64,000 nt of DNA from Acidobacteriota bacterium (GCA_019244185.1 JAFATB010000006.1:160001-224000); one strand, 5' to 3'; positions 20,332 through 30,168 are shown, counted from the stretch's first letter. A program made the numbers and translations. The notes: generated by a model from the sequence alone, not told the origin.

Positions 20332-20799
20332 ATGAGCGCAACCGTTGACGCACTACACATTCGCGAGCTCTTCCTCGAACGCAAGCCCTCGTACCGGCTC
20401 AGCGAAGCCGGCCGACTCCTCGGCATGACGCGCAAGCAACTCGAGCGCGAAGCAAGAGCCGACCACGAAGACGCCTATCGAACCAACGGCCGCTGGCACT
20501 TCACGTGGCGACAGGTCGCATATCTCGCGTTTCGCCAGTGGTCGCTCGCCCAGATCCACGAGGCCCTCGGCTGCGACGCGGCCAGAACTCTGCCGCCACT
20601 CCTCACGCTACGCGAGATCACCGTACGTCTGCCAGAGTACCTCGTGCGCGCCATCGAACATGAAGCAGCGAGCGACGATACGACCGTCGATGACTGGCTC
20701 GTCCATGAGCTGGTGGACTTCGCAGGAACCGTGGCAAATCGCATGGAACGAACGGTCCCCGGCTTCCGCCGAGCATACTTTTTCCCCGGCAACGAGTAG
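20332..20799 (+). CDS. DNA-binding protein (excisionase-like HTH plus RHH-like tail)
   Basis: YRLSEAGRLLGMT...GRWHF; ITVRLPEYLVRAIEHEA. Confidence 0.6.
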   Translation: MSATVDALHIRELFLERKPSYRLSEAGRLLGMTRKQLEREARADHEDAYRTNGRWHFTWRQVAYLAFRQWSLAQIHEALGCDAARTLPPLLTLREITVRLPEYLVRAIEHEAASDDTTVDDWLVHELVDFAGTVANRMERTVPGFRRAYFFPGNE

Positions 20800-20912
20800 T
20801 CCGTCGTTCGGACGCACCGCATCACTCCCGCATCGCCGAAGCGGGGCCCGAAGGAACCCGCACGGTTCTTGCGCAATTCTCCGCATCAACGGAGGTGTTC
20901 TCGCAACGTTCG

Positions 20913-22259
20913 ATGATTGACACGAGCGACCCGCACCTCCACGATGCACTGCTTGACCCGGCGGCGGCACGGCTTGGAACGCTCCATTGGTACTTGACCC
21001 GTGCGGTCTCACGGCTTGATGCGCTGACGCACACAACGCTGCCAGCGCAGCCAGGTAGCGCGTTTACCGTCACCCACCTCACCAGCTTCGGTGAGCTAGT
21101 CGGACCGGACGAAGTGCAGTGGTGGGTATGGACCCGTGAGTCTGACCTTCGTGGCCTCAAGGCCCATACCGCGGCCACGTTTCCTGCTGCACAACGCCTC
21201 CAGCGCGCCGCACGTCGTTTTGAGCGATCGACCTTCACTGATTACGAATCGTTACTACGCGGCATCGCCGACTTTGCGGCGGAACATGCGGCTAATCTCG
21301 AAGAGGTTGAGCGCTATGCGGCATGGCTACACAGCCGCGACGAACTCGCGCCGAGCATGCTCTTTAGCACGGCAGAGTGGGGCACGACCCGCGTTTCCGA
21401 TCGATGGGCGGAACCAGCAGCAGGATCAATCACGGATCAGGCGACGATCAGGAATCTCACAGAGATCGCGTGGGGCGTGCGTCATCGCATTTGGGGCTAC
21501 CAAGTTGATGCGGAACGCATGGATCTCCTCGGGGAGATGGCCGATGCATACTCCGAGTACGAGGGAACGATCTCCGTTCCCGACGCCACACTTCTGCCGC
21601 GTGTGGTCCACGTTGTCCTCCAAGAGCTCTCAGAGTATTTTGAGTTTCTTCGCAACTCCTTTCGCAACATCGCCAACGCCGTCGACCAACGGCTGGCGAG
21701 CCACAACCTAGTGTTCAACGAGACCTTCTGGCGGGACTTCATCGCGAAGGCGCGCTACACGGGAAGAACAGAGACGCAAACGTGGGACTTCAAGCAGCAA
21801 CTCGCGTTCTGGACTGCTCCGAGGGCCGACCGTGAAGAGGCGAAGCTGAAGTTCTGTGAGCTGGTCGCTGGTTTTGCGAACGCGGACGGCGGCGCATTCA
21901 TTGTGGGTATCCGAGATGCTGATCGTGTGGTGGTTGGCGTGAGTGACTTGGAGAATCGGGTCAAGTACACGCGTCAGGTGCTCGACGACTGTTTCGGACC
22001 GAGCGCAACGTTTGTGACACTGCAGCAGATCGTTGTACCCGACGATACTGGCACCGACCAGACGTGCCTAGCAGTGGTTATCGCGCAGACGCATGACGCA
22101 AAGAGCTTCACCGACGCCAACGGCACGTGGTACCCGCTGCGCCAGGAAGCTGGACTGGTTCGCGTCGATGAAATGCGTATCCGGGAGGCGCGCGGGTTGG
22201 GTCGAATAACGAATTTCGACTTTCTGCAGCAGCTCCATCGCTGGGCTATCGACGCTTAA
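20913..22259 (+). CDS. protein with C-terminal Schlafen/AlbA_2 domain
   Basis: WDFK...VAGFANADGGAFIVGIRD motif. Confidence 0.8.
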   Translation: MIDTSDPHLHDALLDPAAARLGTLHWYLTRAVSRLDALTHTTLPAQPGSAFTVTHLTSFGELVGPDEVQWWVWTRESDLRGLKAHTAATFPAAQRLQRAARRFERSTFTDYESLLRGIADFAAEHAANLEEVERYAAWLHSRDELAPSMLFSTAEWGTTRVSDRWAEPAAGSITDQATIRNLTEIAWGVRHRIWGYQVDAERMDLLGEMADAYSEYEGTISVPDATLLPRVVHVVLQELSEYFEFLRNSFRNIANAVDQRLASHNLVFNETFWRDFIAKARYTGRTETQTWDFKQQLAFWTAPRADREEAKLKFCELVAGFANADGGAFIVGIRDADRVVVGVSDLENRVKYTRQVLDDCFGPSATFVTLQQIVVPDDTGTDQTCLAVVIAQTHDAKSFTDANGTWYPLRQEAGLVRVDEMRIREARGLGRITNFDFLQQLHRWAIDA

Positions 22260-22311
22260 TCAGGCCGCCAGCGTTAAGCGGCTTTAGGACGCGATGTGTG
22301 CCGAAAGAGCC

Positions 22312-22650
22312 TCATGCGCACCAGAGCAACTCACCCTTCTTCACGAAGAAGTGCGCGCCGCAGCTGTCGGTCTCCCAGATTGATGGCGCGAGTGTTGGCC
22401 GGCGCAGATAGTCAACGTTGACGGACCACCGCTCTTTCCCTGCGAGCGGTAGCTGGATGTGATCTCCGCACTTGGGGCATGCGAGATGTGCCCACTTCAG
22501 GTATCCGTCTCGGATCTCTAGGACAATGGCATTCTCACGAAGCTCTTCCGTCGCGGGCGTTTCAGCCGCGGTCTGCATGAGATAGCGCGGTCGCCGCATG
22601 AATGGGAGGCGAAAAATGAGTTCGACGATAGTGAGAGGGAGGCGTTGCAT
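22312..22650 (-). CDS. DUF6527-like Cys/His protein
   Basis: CPKCG...PTLAPSI...CGAHFFV. Confidence 0.8.
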   Translation of the reverse strand: MQRLPLTIVELIFRLPFMRRPRYLMQTAAETPATEELRENAIVLEIRDGYLKWAHLACPKCGDHIQLPLAGKERWSVNVDYLRRPTLAPSIWETDSCGAHFFVKKGELLWCA

Positions 22651-24056
22651 TAGCTTTGGTTGAGGAATGGCGTCATGTCGCCGCGGCCGTCGAATTTTCG
22701 CGCGCCGCAGAGCGGGCAGTCCGGATTGCGTTTGCCCCCTGGGATGGTATCTGCGTCCTTGGTCCAGTCGAAGCGGCGCACACGCTCGGCGCAGTGTCCA
22801 TCAGGTCCTCGAAAGCCAGTCAGGCGGTGCAGTAGTTCATTTACTGCGACTGCAGCGATTTCGGTGGTGAAGGTGACAACGACTGGACTCGGATCCGTCC
22901 CGCCTTGGATATATCCGGCGCGGCGGTAGTCTTCATAAAGCTGTGCATCGTTTCGCTGCATGCTCTCTTCAAGCATCCGTTGCGAACTAATGAGCTGACG
23001 ACAGCTCTGGCAAGGGTAGCCTGGTTGTACGACGGTGACGCGCCCGTCGAAGGTGTCGTAGCCGCCTTCCGGTCTAGGGTCTATGAGGACGCCGAGGTCA
23101 ATCACCGGAATTAGGTAGAAGTGCGCCAACCGGTTGAGGAGATTGCGACCTAAGTGGTCATCGGTGCAACCGAAGATAACGTCACACGCACGCAACGCAT
23201 CACGGCATTGCGGCGCATCAGCGAAGTGCTTGATCTTCACGACCGATCTTGCCAGACCGATCTCTGCGATCGCGTCACCAACGACATCGACCTTGTACCG
23301 TCTTGCGATGGCGTCTGCACGCGTAGAAAAATGCAAGCGGTTCAGATTCGTTTCGTCTACGCGGTCGGCATCAACAAGCAAGAACCGCGACACGCCGAGA
23401 CGCGTGAGCAGGCTCGCAACGGCTGAACCAGTGCCGCCACAACCGACAATCCCGACGCGGAGCTGCGCCAGATCCTCGACCGTGCGCGCACCGAACACTC
23501 GTGCCTGCCGATCAAACTCGGCCGGCGGAGTGCCCTTCCCACGTTCCGGATAGCGAATCCCGAAACGCTTGCCGACGACTCTCAGCATCTCCACCTGATG
23601 AGCCGCAAGTCGTGAGTCATATGCGCGAACGATGAATTCGCCTTCGTTGTCCATGACCAGCGCAAAGTGTGGCCGTTCGGTGTCCATGCGCCCGAAGACG
23701 ATCTCGAAGGATTCTTTGTCGGCAACGTCGTCATGCTTGGAAAAGAACAATCCGCCGCTCGGATGCGAATGCGCGACGCAAATCGCGTAGTCCTTCGGCA
23801 TCGCTACCTTCGCGAGGTTAAACAGCGGCGTCGTGGACCACGTCAGCGATGTCGGCGTTCTCGCGATGAACGACGCCTCCGGAACTTCGATCACTTGCCG
23901 AACGAGCGCTCGCTCTTCCCACACACCGGTCCACGGATCGACGTGTCGCGAGCGGCCGCATAACAGGAGCGCGCCGCACTCCTTGTCATCACGCAGGAGC
24001 AATCGACGGAGCTGCTGGTAGTGCTCCTCCAGGATCGTGAAGGTGTAGCGGGTCAT
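22650..24056 (-). CDS. JAB peptidase-E1 (ThiF) fusion, BubCD-like
   Basis: E..HSHP..FSKHD JAB motif; GCGGTG, SNLNR-like TNLNR, CQSC and CPLC; TGATG overlap with E2. Confidence 0.88.
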   Translation of the reverse strand: MTRYTFTILEEHYQQLRRLLLRDDKECGALLLCGRSRHVDPWTGVWEERALVRQVIEVPEASFIARTPTSLTWSTTPLFNLAKVAMPKDYAICVAHSHPSGGLFFSKHDDVADKESFEIVFGRMDTERPHFALVMDNEGEFIVRAYDSRLAAHQVEMLRVVGKRFGIRYPERGKGTPPAEFDRQARVFGARTVEDLAQLRVGIVGCGGTGSAVASLLTRLGVSRFLLVDADRVDETNLNRLHFSTRADAIARRYKVDVVGDAIAEIGLARSVVKIKHFADAPQCRDALRACDVIFGCTDDHLGRNLLNRLAHFYLIPVIDLGVLIDPRPEGGYDTFDGRVTVVQPGYPCQSCRQLISSQRMLEESMQRNDAQLYEDYRRAGYIQGGTDPSPVVVTFTTEIAAVAVNELLHRLTGFRGPDGHCAERVRRFDWTKDADTIPGGKRNPDCPLCGARKFDGRGDMTPFLNQS

Positions 24057-24472
24057 CAGGCACCTCGCAACTCGCCGCGGACATAGCTGAGGTACGTGCG
24101 AAGACCGTCGACTCCTACGCGCCAGTCGTTGGCGTCGAGGTGACGTGACCAGAATTGCCACGCTTTCCCAAAAAGAGTCTGCGTGACGGTTGCATTTTGT
24201 GGATCGCTGCCGTCCGGACGCTTGAGATGCAGTGAGGTGTAAAAGCTATCGAGCTTGGTCGTCGCGTAGCCGTCAGGTATCAGGACCAGGACATCGCAGG
24301 TCTCCGGCACCGCGAGGCTGCCGTTCTGCTGCATGCGGAGATTGCCGGTCAAGGCAAAGCCCGTGAAGAGCACACCGCGCCGTTTCGCGTTGCCGTCGTC
24401 CTCAGTCAGCAACTCGTGAGGTATCCCGTTGCTGTCGAGAAACTCCTGATCCTCTTCCGGAAGAAAAGTCAT
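24056..24472 (-). CDS. prokaryotic E2/UBC-fold protein (family E), BubB-like
   Basis: LIPDGY....DSFY...WQFWSRH. Confidence 0.85.
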   Translation of the reverse strand: MTFLPEEDQEFLDSNGIPHELLTEDDGNAKRRGVLFTGFALTGNLRMQQNGSLAVPETCDVLVLIPDGYATTKLDSFYTSLHLKRPDGSDPQNATVTQTLFGKAWQFWSRHLDANDWRVGVDGLRTYLSYVRGELRGA

Positions 24473-24723
24473 GATCCCGGGTTCGTCTTCGGCTTACGCG
24501 TCTGAAACCGCTTCACGCCGTGAGGCTCCGCTTGGAGATCGAGGTCGACCCGCTGTGCAGCACCAATCTCCGGGTCCTCGCCGCTCCCCGGTACGAGCTG
24601 ATTGACCACCCAATCAGCCGGGCTGCCGGCGAGCTCCAGAATCTGAGCGCCGGTGATGAACTGATCGGCCCAATTCTTCTGGTCCTTGTTCACGATGAGT
24701 TTGAAGTCCTTGTTGTGTTCCAT
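24469..24723 (-). CDS. ubiquitin-like (multi-ubiquitin domain) protein, BubA-like
   Basis: FKLIVN...ITGAQILELAG...VDL...GVKRF; ends PG-S; GGAGGAG RBS. Confidence 0.85.
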   Translation of the reverse strand: MEHNKDFKLIVNKDQKNWADQFITGAQILELAGSPADWVVNQLVPGSGEDPEIGAAQRVDLDLQAEPHGVKRFQTRKPKTNPGS

Positions 24724-24753
24724 CTAGTGCTCCTCCGCGTCTTGCTGGACGAG

Positions 24754-24957
24754 TTACTTCCGTCGGTTGTAGGGCGACTGGTTCGTTGGCTTGAGCGATG
24801 TTCTCTGGCGTGACGCCTGCGACTGCACGGCCTCCGGTGTGCGCCCGAGCTTTAGGCCGATCACGCGTGTGGGCGTGTTGCCGCGCGCGAGGTCACGTAG
24901 CTGCTGCTTGGCTGCTGGCGTCCACGCCTTGCCGGTGTTACGTGTGCTCTTCGACAT
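24754..24957 (-). CDS. small basic HTH/Myb-like protein
   Basis: WT.....LR.LA..NTPTRVIGLKLGRT..AV; conserved-looking family. Confidence 0.75.
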   Translation of the reverse strand: MSKSTRNTGKAWTPAAKQQLRDLARGNTPTRVIGLKLGRTPEAVQSQASRQRTSLKPTNQSPYNRRK

Positions 24958-25090
24958 GGAGTTCCCTTCGTCTTCAGCGATGTTCTTCCGCGGATCGTCC
25001 GTGCCACATTTTCAGGCTCTCCGCCTTCTTCAGTGTAGGTAATGTATGAGAGAGGCAGCTTATTCCCGAGTTTAAAAATCATGCGATCGA

Positions 25091-25633
25091 TCAGGCGGGA
25101 ACGGCGTACTCGAACTGCTTGCGGCCGGCTTCTGACTGTCCTTGCAGCCGCCGCAGGAGGCCAAGGTCGCTTAGCTTCGTCAGGCGTTCGTTGACGGCCG
25201 TAACGGTCAGCGACAGTTTGCTACTCAGCGTTGCGGCGGTCACCGCCGCCTTCTCTTTCGCGATGGCTTCGAACGTCGCCGTGTCTGCGGGGTGCAACTT
25301 GCCGATGAGGACTGGCTTCTTTTTGACGCGTTCGATCATCGCTAAGTTCAAGCTTTCGAGCGCCTTAACAAGGTTCTCACGCGTATACTCCGTGAGGCCC
25401 TCCACGACGATGAAGCGCTGCGGATACATACTTGGCAACGAGAGCAGCAGCTTGCCGAAGAACTCGTTCGCAAACGAGAAGTCGAACGCTTCGACACCCT
25501 TCATGTCGATGACGACGATATCGCCTGAGGCGGCACTCGCAAGGCGATCTTCAACCTGCTCGCGAAGCGGGCGCGCAACGTCGCGGGTCCAAAGCGTCTT
25601 GCCATGCGAAGCGAGCTTGAACCGCTGCTCCAT
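25091..25633 (-). CDS. STAS-like domain plus winged-HTH regulator (CapS-like)
   Basis: VVIDMKGVEAFDFSFANEFFG; TAATLSSKLSLTVTAVNERLTKLSDLGLL. Confidence 0.8.
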   Translation of the reverse strand: MEQRFKLASHGKTLWTRDVARPLREQVEDRLASAASGDIVVIDMKGVEAFDFSFANEFFGKLLLSLPSMYPQRFIVVEGLTEYTRENLVKALESLNLAMIERVKKKPVLIGKLHPADTATFEAIAKEKAAVTAATLSSKLSLTVTAVNERLTKLSDLGLLRRLQGQSEAGRKQFEYAVPA

Positions 25634-25655
25634 CTGCTTCAGTGTATAACGCCCG

Positions 25656-26531
25656 TCAAGGCGCGCGGCGTTTCATGGAGATGGCGATGTGCACACCGGG
25701 CATCGGTGGGACGGTGAAGCGCCACGCCTGCTGCTTGTCTCCCCGGTAGTTGACTTTCCCGTTGCCCGAGCGGATCTGGACGGAGCCTCCATGCTGGGCG
25801 GCAATTCGAAGAAGGTGGTGCAGGCCGGTGCCGCGGGTGGGATCGTCTTGGTGCTGTGACACGCCGAGGCGCATCGCAAGCGCGATGGTGTCTTTGTCTG
25901 CCTGCGGCAAGCGAAGCGTTGGGTTGCGCTGCAATGTTGAACGCAATCCGGCACCAAAATCGGCGACGCCGACCTCGATAAATCGGCCGCCTCGCGGCGG
26001 GTCATAGGTTTGCAGGGCGAGGAATCCGCAGGTGTTCTCGTTGTGGTCGAAGGTGTTCTGCGCAACTTCGGAGATGACGGTCACCACGTCGTAGGCATCG
26101 TTCTTACGGTAGCGGAGGCGTGTCCGTAGTAGGCCAACGATCCGGTCGAGGAGTGTCGGCAGTTCTGCACCATTCGTGATCTTCGTGACTTCGAGCAGGA
26201 GTGGGTTGGAGCCGTGCAAATGATCGAAGCGATGTTGCGAAGCGTCGTCGTACTCGGGCTCGATCGTGGCGATGCCCTCGATCGCCGCGAGGAAACCAGA
26301 CCTGACCAGGTAGGTGCGCACACTTTCGTCTTCAACGCACAATTTGAGCGAGGTACCGCTCTTCCTAACCGCGTGCGCAGCGGCGACAAGTTGCACTAGC
26401 GCAGCCGGCGAGATGAAGCGAGCTTCACGTAGATCGAAGGTGTACTCGCCGCCTGCGAAGGGATTGCATCGCGCGAGGAGTTGATCGAAAGAGATCGCCG
26501 TGAGAGACCGAATGGAATTGTCGGTGCTCAT
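25656..26531 (-). CDS. STAS plus GHKL ATPase/kinase (CapK-like)
   Basis: DLREARFISP; SEVAQNTFDH, VADFGAG, RGTGL, PGVHI. Confidence 0.82.
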   Translation of the reverse strand: MSTDNSIRSLTAISFDQLLARCNPFAGGEYTFDLREARFISPAALVQLVAAAHAVRKSGTSLKLCVEDESVRTYLVRSGFLAAIEGIATIEPEYDDASQHRFDHLHGSNPLLLEVTKITNGAELPTLLDRIVGLLRTRLRYRKNDAYDVVTVISEVAQNTFDHNENTCGFLALQTYDPPRGGRFIEVGVADFGAGLRSTLQRNPTLRLPQADKDTIALAMRLGVSQHQDDPTRGTGLHHLLRIAAQHGGSVQIRSGNGKVNYRGDKQQAWRFTVPPMPGVHIAISMKRRAP

Positions 26532-26537
26532 ACGTTC

Positions 26538-27656
26538 CTAGGGTCGTGACCGGTTCTTGCGTCGGTCTGTTAATGAGACGACTTGTCCTGGGACTTCTGT
26601 GCGGCGAGGCGCCGCTTGTGCGCTGAAGATACGGTTGATCCAGAACAGCGGCAGATGGGCATCGTCGGCAAGCGCACGGTGACTGCGGTCGTCGCGGTAC
26701 GCGAGGTCTGCCATGTAGTGCAGGGCGCGTGGCGCTTCGATCGGGATGTCAACGGGTTCGCACTTTGTCCATCCGCGTTTTCCCAAGTGCATGCGGAGGT
26801 ACTTGTGCTGACGGTCCGAGACGATGTCGAGCTCTCGGGCGCGGTAGAGGATCGCCGACATCGAGACACCCCATCGTGCCTTGAGTTCGGCGAGCTTTGC
26901 GAGTGTCACGGGTCGATGGAGTTCGGCGCGGAATGACTCCTCAGGAAAAAGAAACTCCGCACCGAAAAGATATGCCTCGCGTTCGATATCTTGTTCAGCG
27001 TGAAAGGGATAGTGAAGGACGAGATGCCCAAGCTCGTGTGCGAGGGTCAGGCGGATGCGGTCGCCTGGTCTGCTTCCGTTGACGGCGATGACGGGTTTTG
27101 CGCCTTCGACCCAGATCGAGAATCCGTCAACGTTCTCGATCTCTGTTCTGCTTTCGTGGTCTGGGTCTTCGATGACTTCGGGAAGAAAGAAAACGCGGAT
27201 GCCGCTGCGCTCCAGTCGCGAGACGAGACCGCGTACTGGCCCGGTCGCGCTCAGGCCGAGGAGAGTCCGCGTGAGTCGCGCCGCCTCCTGCGGCTGTTCG
27301 GTGGGCATCTTGCCCAACGCGACGCGTGGGGTCTTGAGGCGTGCGGCGAGGAACTCGTAGAGCTCAAAACTTTGCTGCGCGAGCCGGTGTGATTTGGTGC
27401 GTTCGGCCGCGCGGAGCTTGCTAAATTTGCGATACGAGAGCGAACCAAGCGGGAACTCCCAATCCGGTGCGTTCATGAAGAACTCCGCGGGGAAACTCGT
27501 TGCGCGCGTCAGTCGGCGAAGAAAGTCCGGAGAGGGCATGAGCGCGTCGCGCTCGATCATCGCGACCGTCGCTTGCGCGACGTCGCATTTTTCGGCGAGC
27601 TCGCCTTGCGTCAACCCGGAGAGCTCCCGCGCGTGTCGTACACGATCTCCGATCAC
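26538..27656 (-). CDS. XRE HTH-ImmA/IrrE metallopeptidase fusion
   Basis: GLTQGELAEKCDVAQATVAMIER; RLTLAHELGH; EREAYLF. Confidence 0.92.
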   Translation of the reverse strand: MIGDRVRHARELSGLTQGELAEKCDVAQATVAMIERDALMPSPDFLRRLTRATSFPAEFFMNAPDWEFPLGSLSYRKFSKLRAAERTKSHRLAQQSFELYEFLAARLKTPRVALGKMPTEQPQEAARLTRTLLGLSATGPVRGLVSRLERSGIRVFFLPEVIEDPDHESRTEIENVDGFSIWVEGAKPVIAVNGSRPGDRIRLTLAHELGHLVLHYPFHAEQDIEREAYLFGAEFLFPEESFRAELHRPVTLAKLAELKARWGVSMSAILYRARELDIVSDRQHKYLRMHLGKRGWTKCEPVDIPIEAPRALHYMADLAYRDDRSHRALADDAHLPLFWINRIFSAQAAPRRTEVPGQVVSLTDRRKNRSRP

Positions 27657-28336
27657 TCCTCGGTTTCCTCGACATCGGCGTCAGGTTCGATTCTGCCGAA
27701 GTCATTGGCGTAGTCTTGGTCTGCAGCATCCGGCACTACTGCTGCCGACGTGCGCACGAGTGTGGCGGCATCAGGAACGCTGATGGCCCACAGCTGTGGA
27801 TACTTCCAGTCGTCGACGTCATCACGATCGTAATCGCTCGGCATCGGGCAGACGAGTTCGAGGGAAACGTCACCGGTGCCATCGACGTCCCAGAGGAGCA
27901 CGAGATTGTGGGCGTTGAAGAACTCCTCCGTGTTGGCGTCGAAGAGGATGCGGTTCTCTTCCAAGAAAGCCTTGCGTGATCCGGATCGGCCAGGCAGTGG
28001 TATGCCGCCTTTTCTGCTCTTCCAGAGCTTGAGTTTTCGCCCGCGATAGAGGATTTCGACGCCGCTCATTGCCATCATGCGTATGCTCGGCGCGGTGTCA
28101 TCATCGGTTACCTCGGTGAGCGTCGCGTCGTACTCTGCTTGACGGAGCAGTCGACAGACATGCCAGCGGACGAGATGGGGAAATAGGTGCGGGTCGAGTG
28201 TGGGGTCACCGTTTTGTTTCTTAGGCGCCCACTCGTCGAAGTGCTGTAGCGCAATCGGTACTGCCTCTTGAAGGAAGCCGTGAATCTTGGAGGGAAGCGG
28301 CTGCAGGTCGTCGAGTGCCCGGATCGCGTCGCTCAT
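27653..28336 (-). CDS. hypothetical protein coupled to XRE-ImmA
   Basis: GTGA overlap; acidic tail. Confidence 0.7.
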   Translation of the reverse strand: MSDAIRALDDLQPLPSKIHGFLQEAVPIALQHFDEWAPKKQNGDPTLDPHLFPHLVRWHVCRLLRQAEYDATLTEVTDDDTAPSIRMMAMSGVEILYRGRKLKLWKSRKGGIPLPGRSGSRKAFLEENRILFDANTEEFFNAHNLVLLWDVDGTGDVSLELVCPMPSDYDRDDVDDWKYPQLWAISVPDAATLVRTSAAVVPDAADQDYANDFGRIEPDADVEETEE

Positions 28337-28451
28337 GAGGTGTGTTCTCCGGAAGCTGATAATATCAGCTCAAAAGGACACGCGCAAGGACTTCGTGGAC
28401 CAGAGATATCGCGTGATTCGCGCGATCCAGGCCGGTTACCATGCCCAGCTC

Positions 28452-29303
28452 ATGGATCTCGCGGAGGTTCGCCGCATCGCCATCATCGCCATGTTCGCCG
28501 ATGACTATCTTCTCGACCGCGTCGTGCTCAAGGGTGGCAACGCGCTCAGCCTGGTGTACCGCATCGGCACGCGTACGTCTCTCGACCTGGACTTCTCAAT
28601 CGAAGCTGACTTCCCCGATTCCGACGAAGCGCGAGAAAGGATTTTCCGAGCATTGCGGGCACGCTTCGATTCCGCGGGATACGTTGTCTTCGACGAGACC
28701 TTTGGGCCCCGACCGGCTGTCCAACGGCCGGGTCAGTCGCCGCGCTGGGGCGGCTACTCTGTCGAATTCAAGCTGATTGACCGAGGGCGGTTCGATGAAC
28801 TTCATCGCGACGTCGACGCTCTTCGTCGCCAGTCACTCGTTGTCGGCCCCGCACAAGTGCGCATCTTCACGATTGATCTCAGTCGGTATGAGTACTGCGA
28901 GCCGAAGCGAGAAATGGAGCTGGATAACTTCATCATCTACGTCTACACGCCGGAGATGATCGCGATCGAGAAGGTGCGGGCGATCTGCCAGCAAATGCCG
29001 GAGTATCCGCTCATCGTTCATCATCGTCCGCGTGCACGCGACTTCTACGACATCGCTCTCATCGTGAAAGAATGCAAGGTCTCATTCGCGACACAAGAGA
29101 ATCAACAACTCGTGCGCGACATCTTCGCGGCGAAAGAGGTACCGCTGTCGCTCATCGGCCAAATTGCGTCATACCGGGAGTTTCATCGCGCCGACTGGCC
29201 GAAAGTGGAACAGGCAGTCGCGGAGCAACTCCTTCCGTTCGACGACTACTTCGATTTCGTGCTCGCAGAGACTGCGAAGCTACAACCCCTTTGGAAAGAA
29301 TAA
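28452..29303 (+). CDS. AbiEii-family nucleotidyltransferase toxin
   Basis: LKGGNAL...RTSLDLDF; EKVRA; RARDFYD. Confidence 0.9.
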   Translation: MDLAEVRRIAIIAMFADDYLLDRVVLKGGNALSLVYRIGTRTSLDLDFSIEADFPDSDEARERIFRALRARFDSAGYVVFDETFGPRPAVQRPGQSPRWGGYSVEFKLIDRGRFDELHRDVDALRRQSLVVGPAQVRIFTIDLSRYEYCEPKREMELDNFIIYVYTPEMIAIEKVRAICQQMPEYPLIVHHRPRARDFYDIALIVKECKVSFATQENQQLVRDIFAAKEVPLSLIGQIASYREFHRADWPKVEQAVAEQLLPFDDYFDFVLAETAKLQPLWKE

Positions 29304-30149
29304 CCGCCACTCAGCGTCATACTCGGGGTCGCGCAGACCATGCGCCAAGTAGAAGTCAAACTTCAGCCCGAGATCCTTCAGTCGCCGCCACCGACTCTCC
29401 TCGTATCCAGCGCGCTGCAGGTAGAACCCAATCGCCTGATGGTACGGATACGCGTACTCGAGACGCTTCAGTGTTGCGAGCAGGACATTCACCGAGAGCA
29501 CTGACTTCGCGGCGGCAAAGGCCTCCAAGACGTGAAAGACACCGCCGGCATATGCCGGCCGCACCGTGCTGTCGATGAGCGTCCGCTCCAGCTTCGTGAC
29601 AGCGAGCTTCTCGCCCGTCGGCCCGTCAAGCTCTCCTACCTCCAACCCTCCGGTGTTCTTGCCGGCGATGACGACAATCTGAAAGTCACTGTACGTGTAC
29701 GCGAGATTCGAGACTCGCTGCTGGTTCCGAAAGGCCCGATCGATCCCCTCCTGCGTCAAGCCCCCCCGCGGCGCTGGCTTGGGCGACTGCTCCTGGTTCA
29801 CGTAGATCGTGCGTGGAAGCTCATTCGTGAGGTTGTGGAGAAAGATCGCCGTACCATGCGAGAGGTACGATCCCGGCTTGATAGAGAGCGCAACCTCGTA
29901 CGGACTGGCCGCTCGCCAGATGTACCGCACGACCGGGGCATACGCGTGGGACTCAAGGCGCACCTCCTGCAGCCCGTGCAAACTCAAGAACCGAATGAAG
30001 TCAGCCGTGGTGGTATTCTGGGCGAGTCGCCAGAAACCCCGTTGCTCACGAAGGATGTCCGCGATCTGCCGAGACGAAAGAGCGCGCAAAGGCTGCTTAT
30101 CGAGCTCAGCAAGAATGTCGCGCTTTGCGATCTGAAGCCGGGTGGCCAT
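29280..30149 (-). CDS. AbiEi-like antitoxin/transcriptional regulator
   Basis: SYLSHGTAIFLHNLT; TKLERTLID...P.YAGG. Confidence 0.8.
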   Translation of the reverse strand: MATRLQIAKRDILAELDKQPLRALSSRQIADILREQRGFWRLAQNTTTADFIRFLSLHGLQEVRLESHAYAPVVRYIWRAASPYEVALSIKPGSYLSHGTAIFLHNLTNELPRTIYVNQEQSPKPAPRGGLTQEGIDRAFRNQQRVSNLAYTYSDFQIVVIAGKNTGGLEVGELDGPTGEKLAVTKLERTLIDSTVRPAYAGGVFHVLEAFAAAKSVLSVNVLLATLKRLEYAYPYHQAIGFYLQRAGYEESRWRRLKDLGLKFDFYLAHGLRDPEYDAEWRLFFPKGL

Positions 30150-30168
30150 CAACCCAAGAGTATACCGC

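Noticed and set aside
22312-24723. CBASS Cap2/Cap3 or ThiF/MoeB cofactor biosynthesis
   Set aside because: No CD-NTase or thiamine/molybdopterin genes; the Ubl-E2-JAB/E1-DUF6527 order fits Bub-type operons
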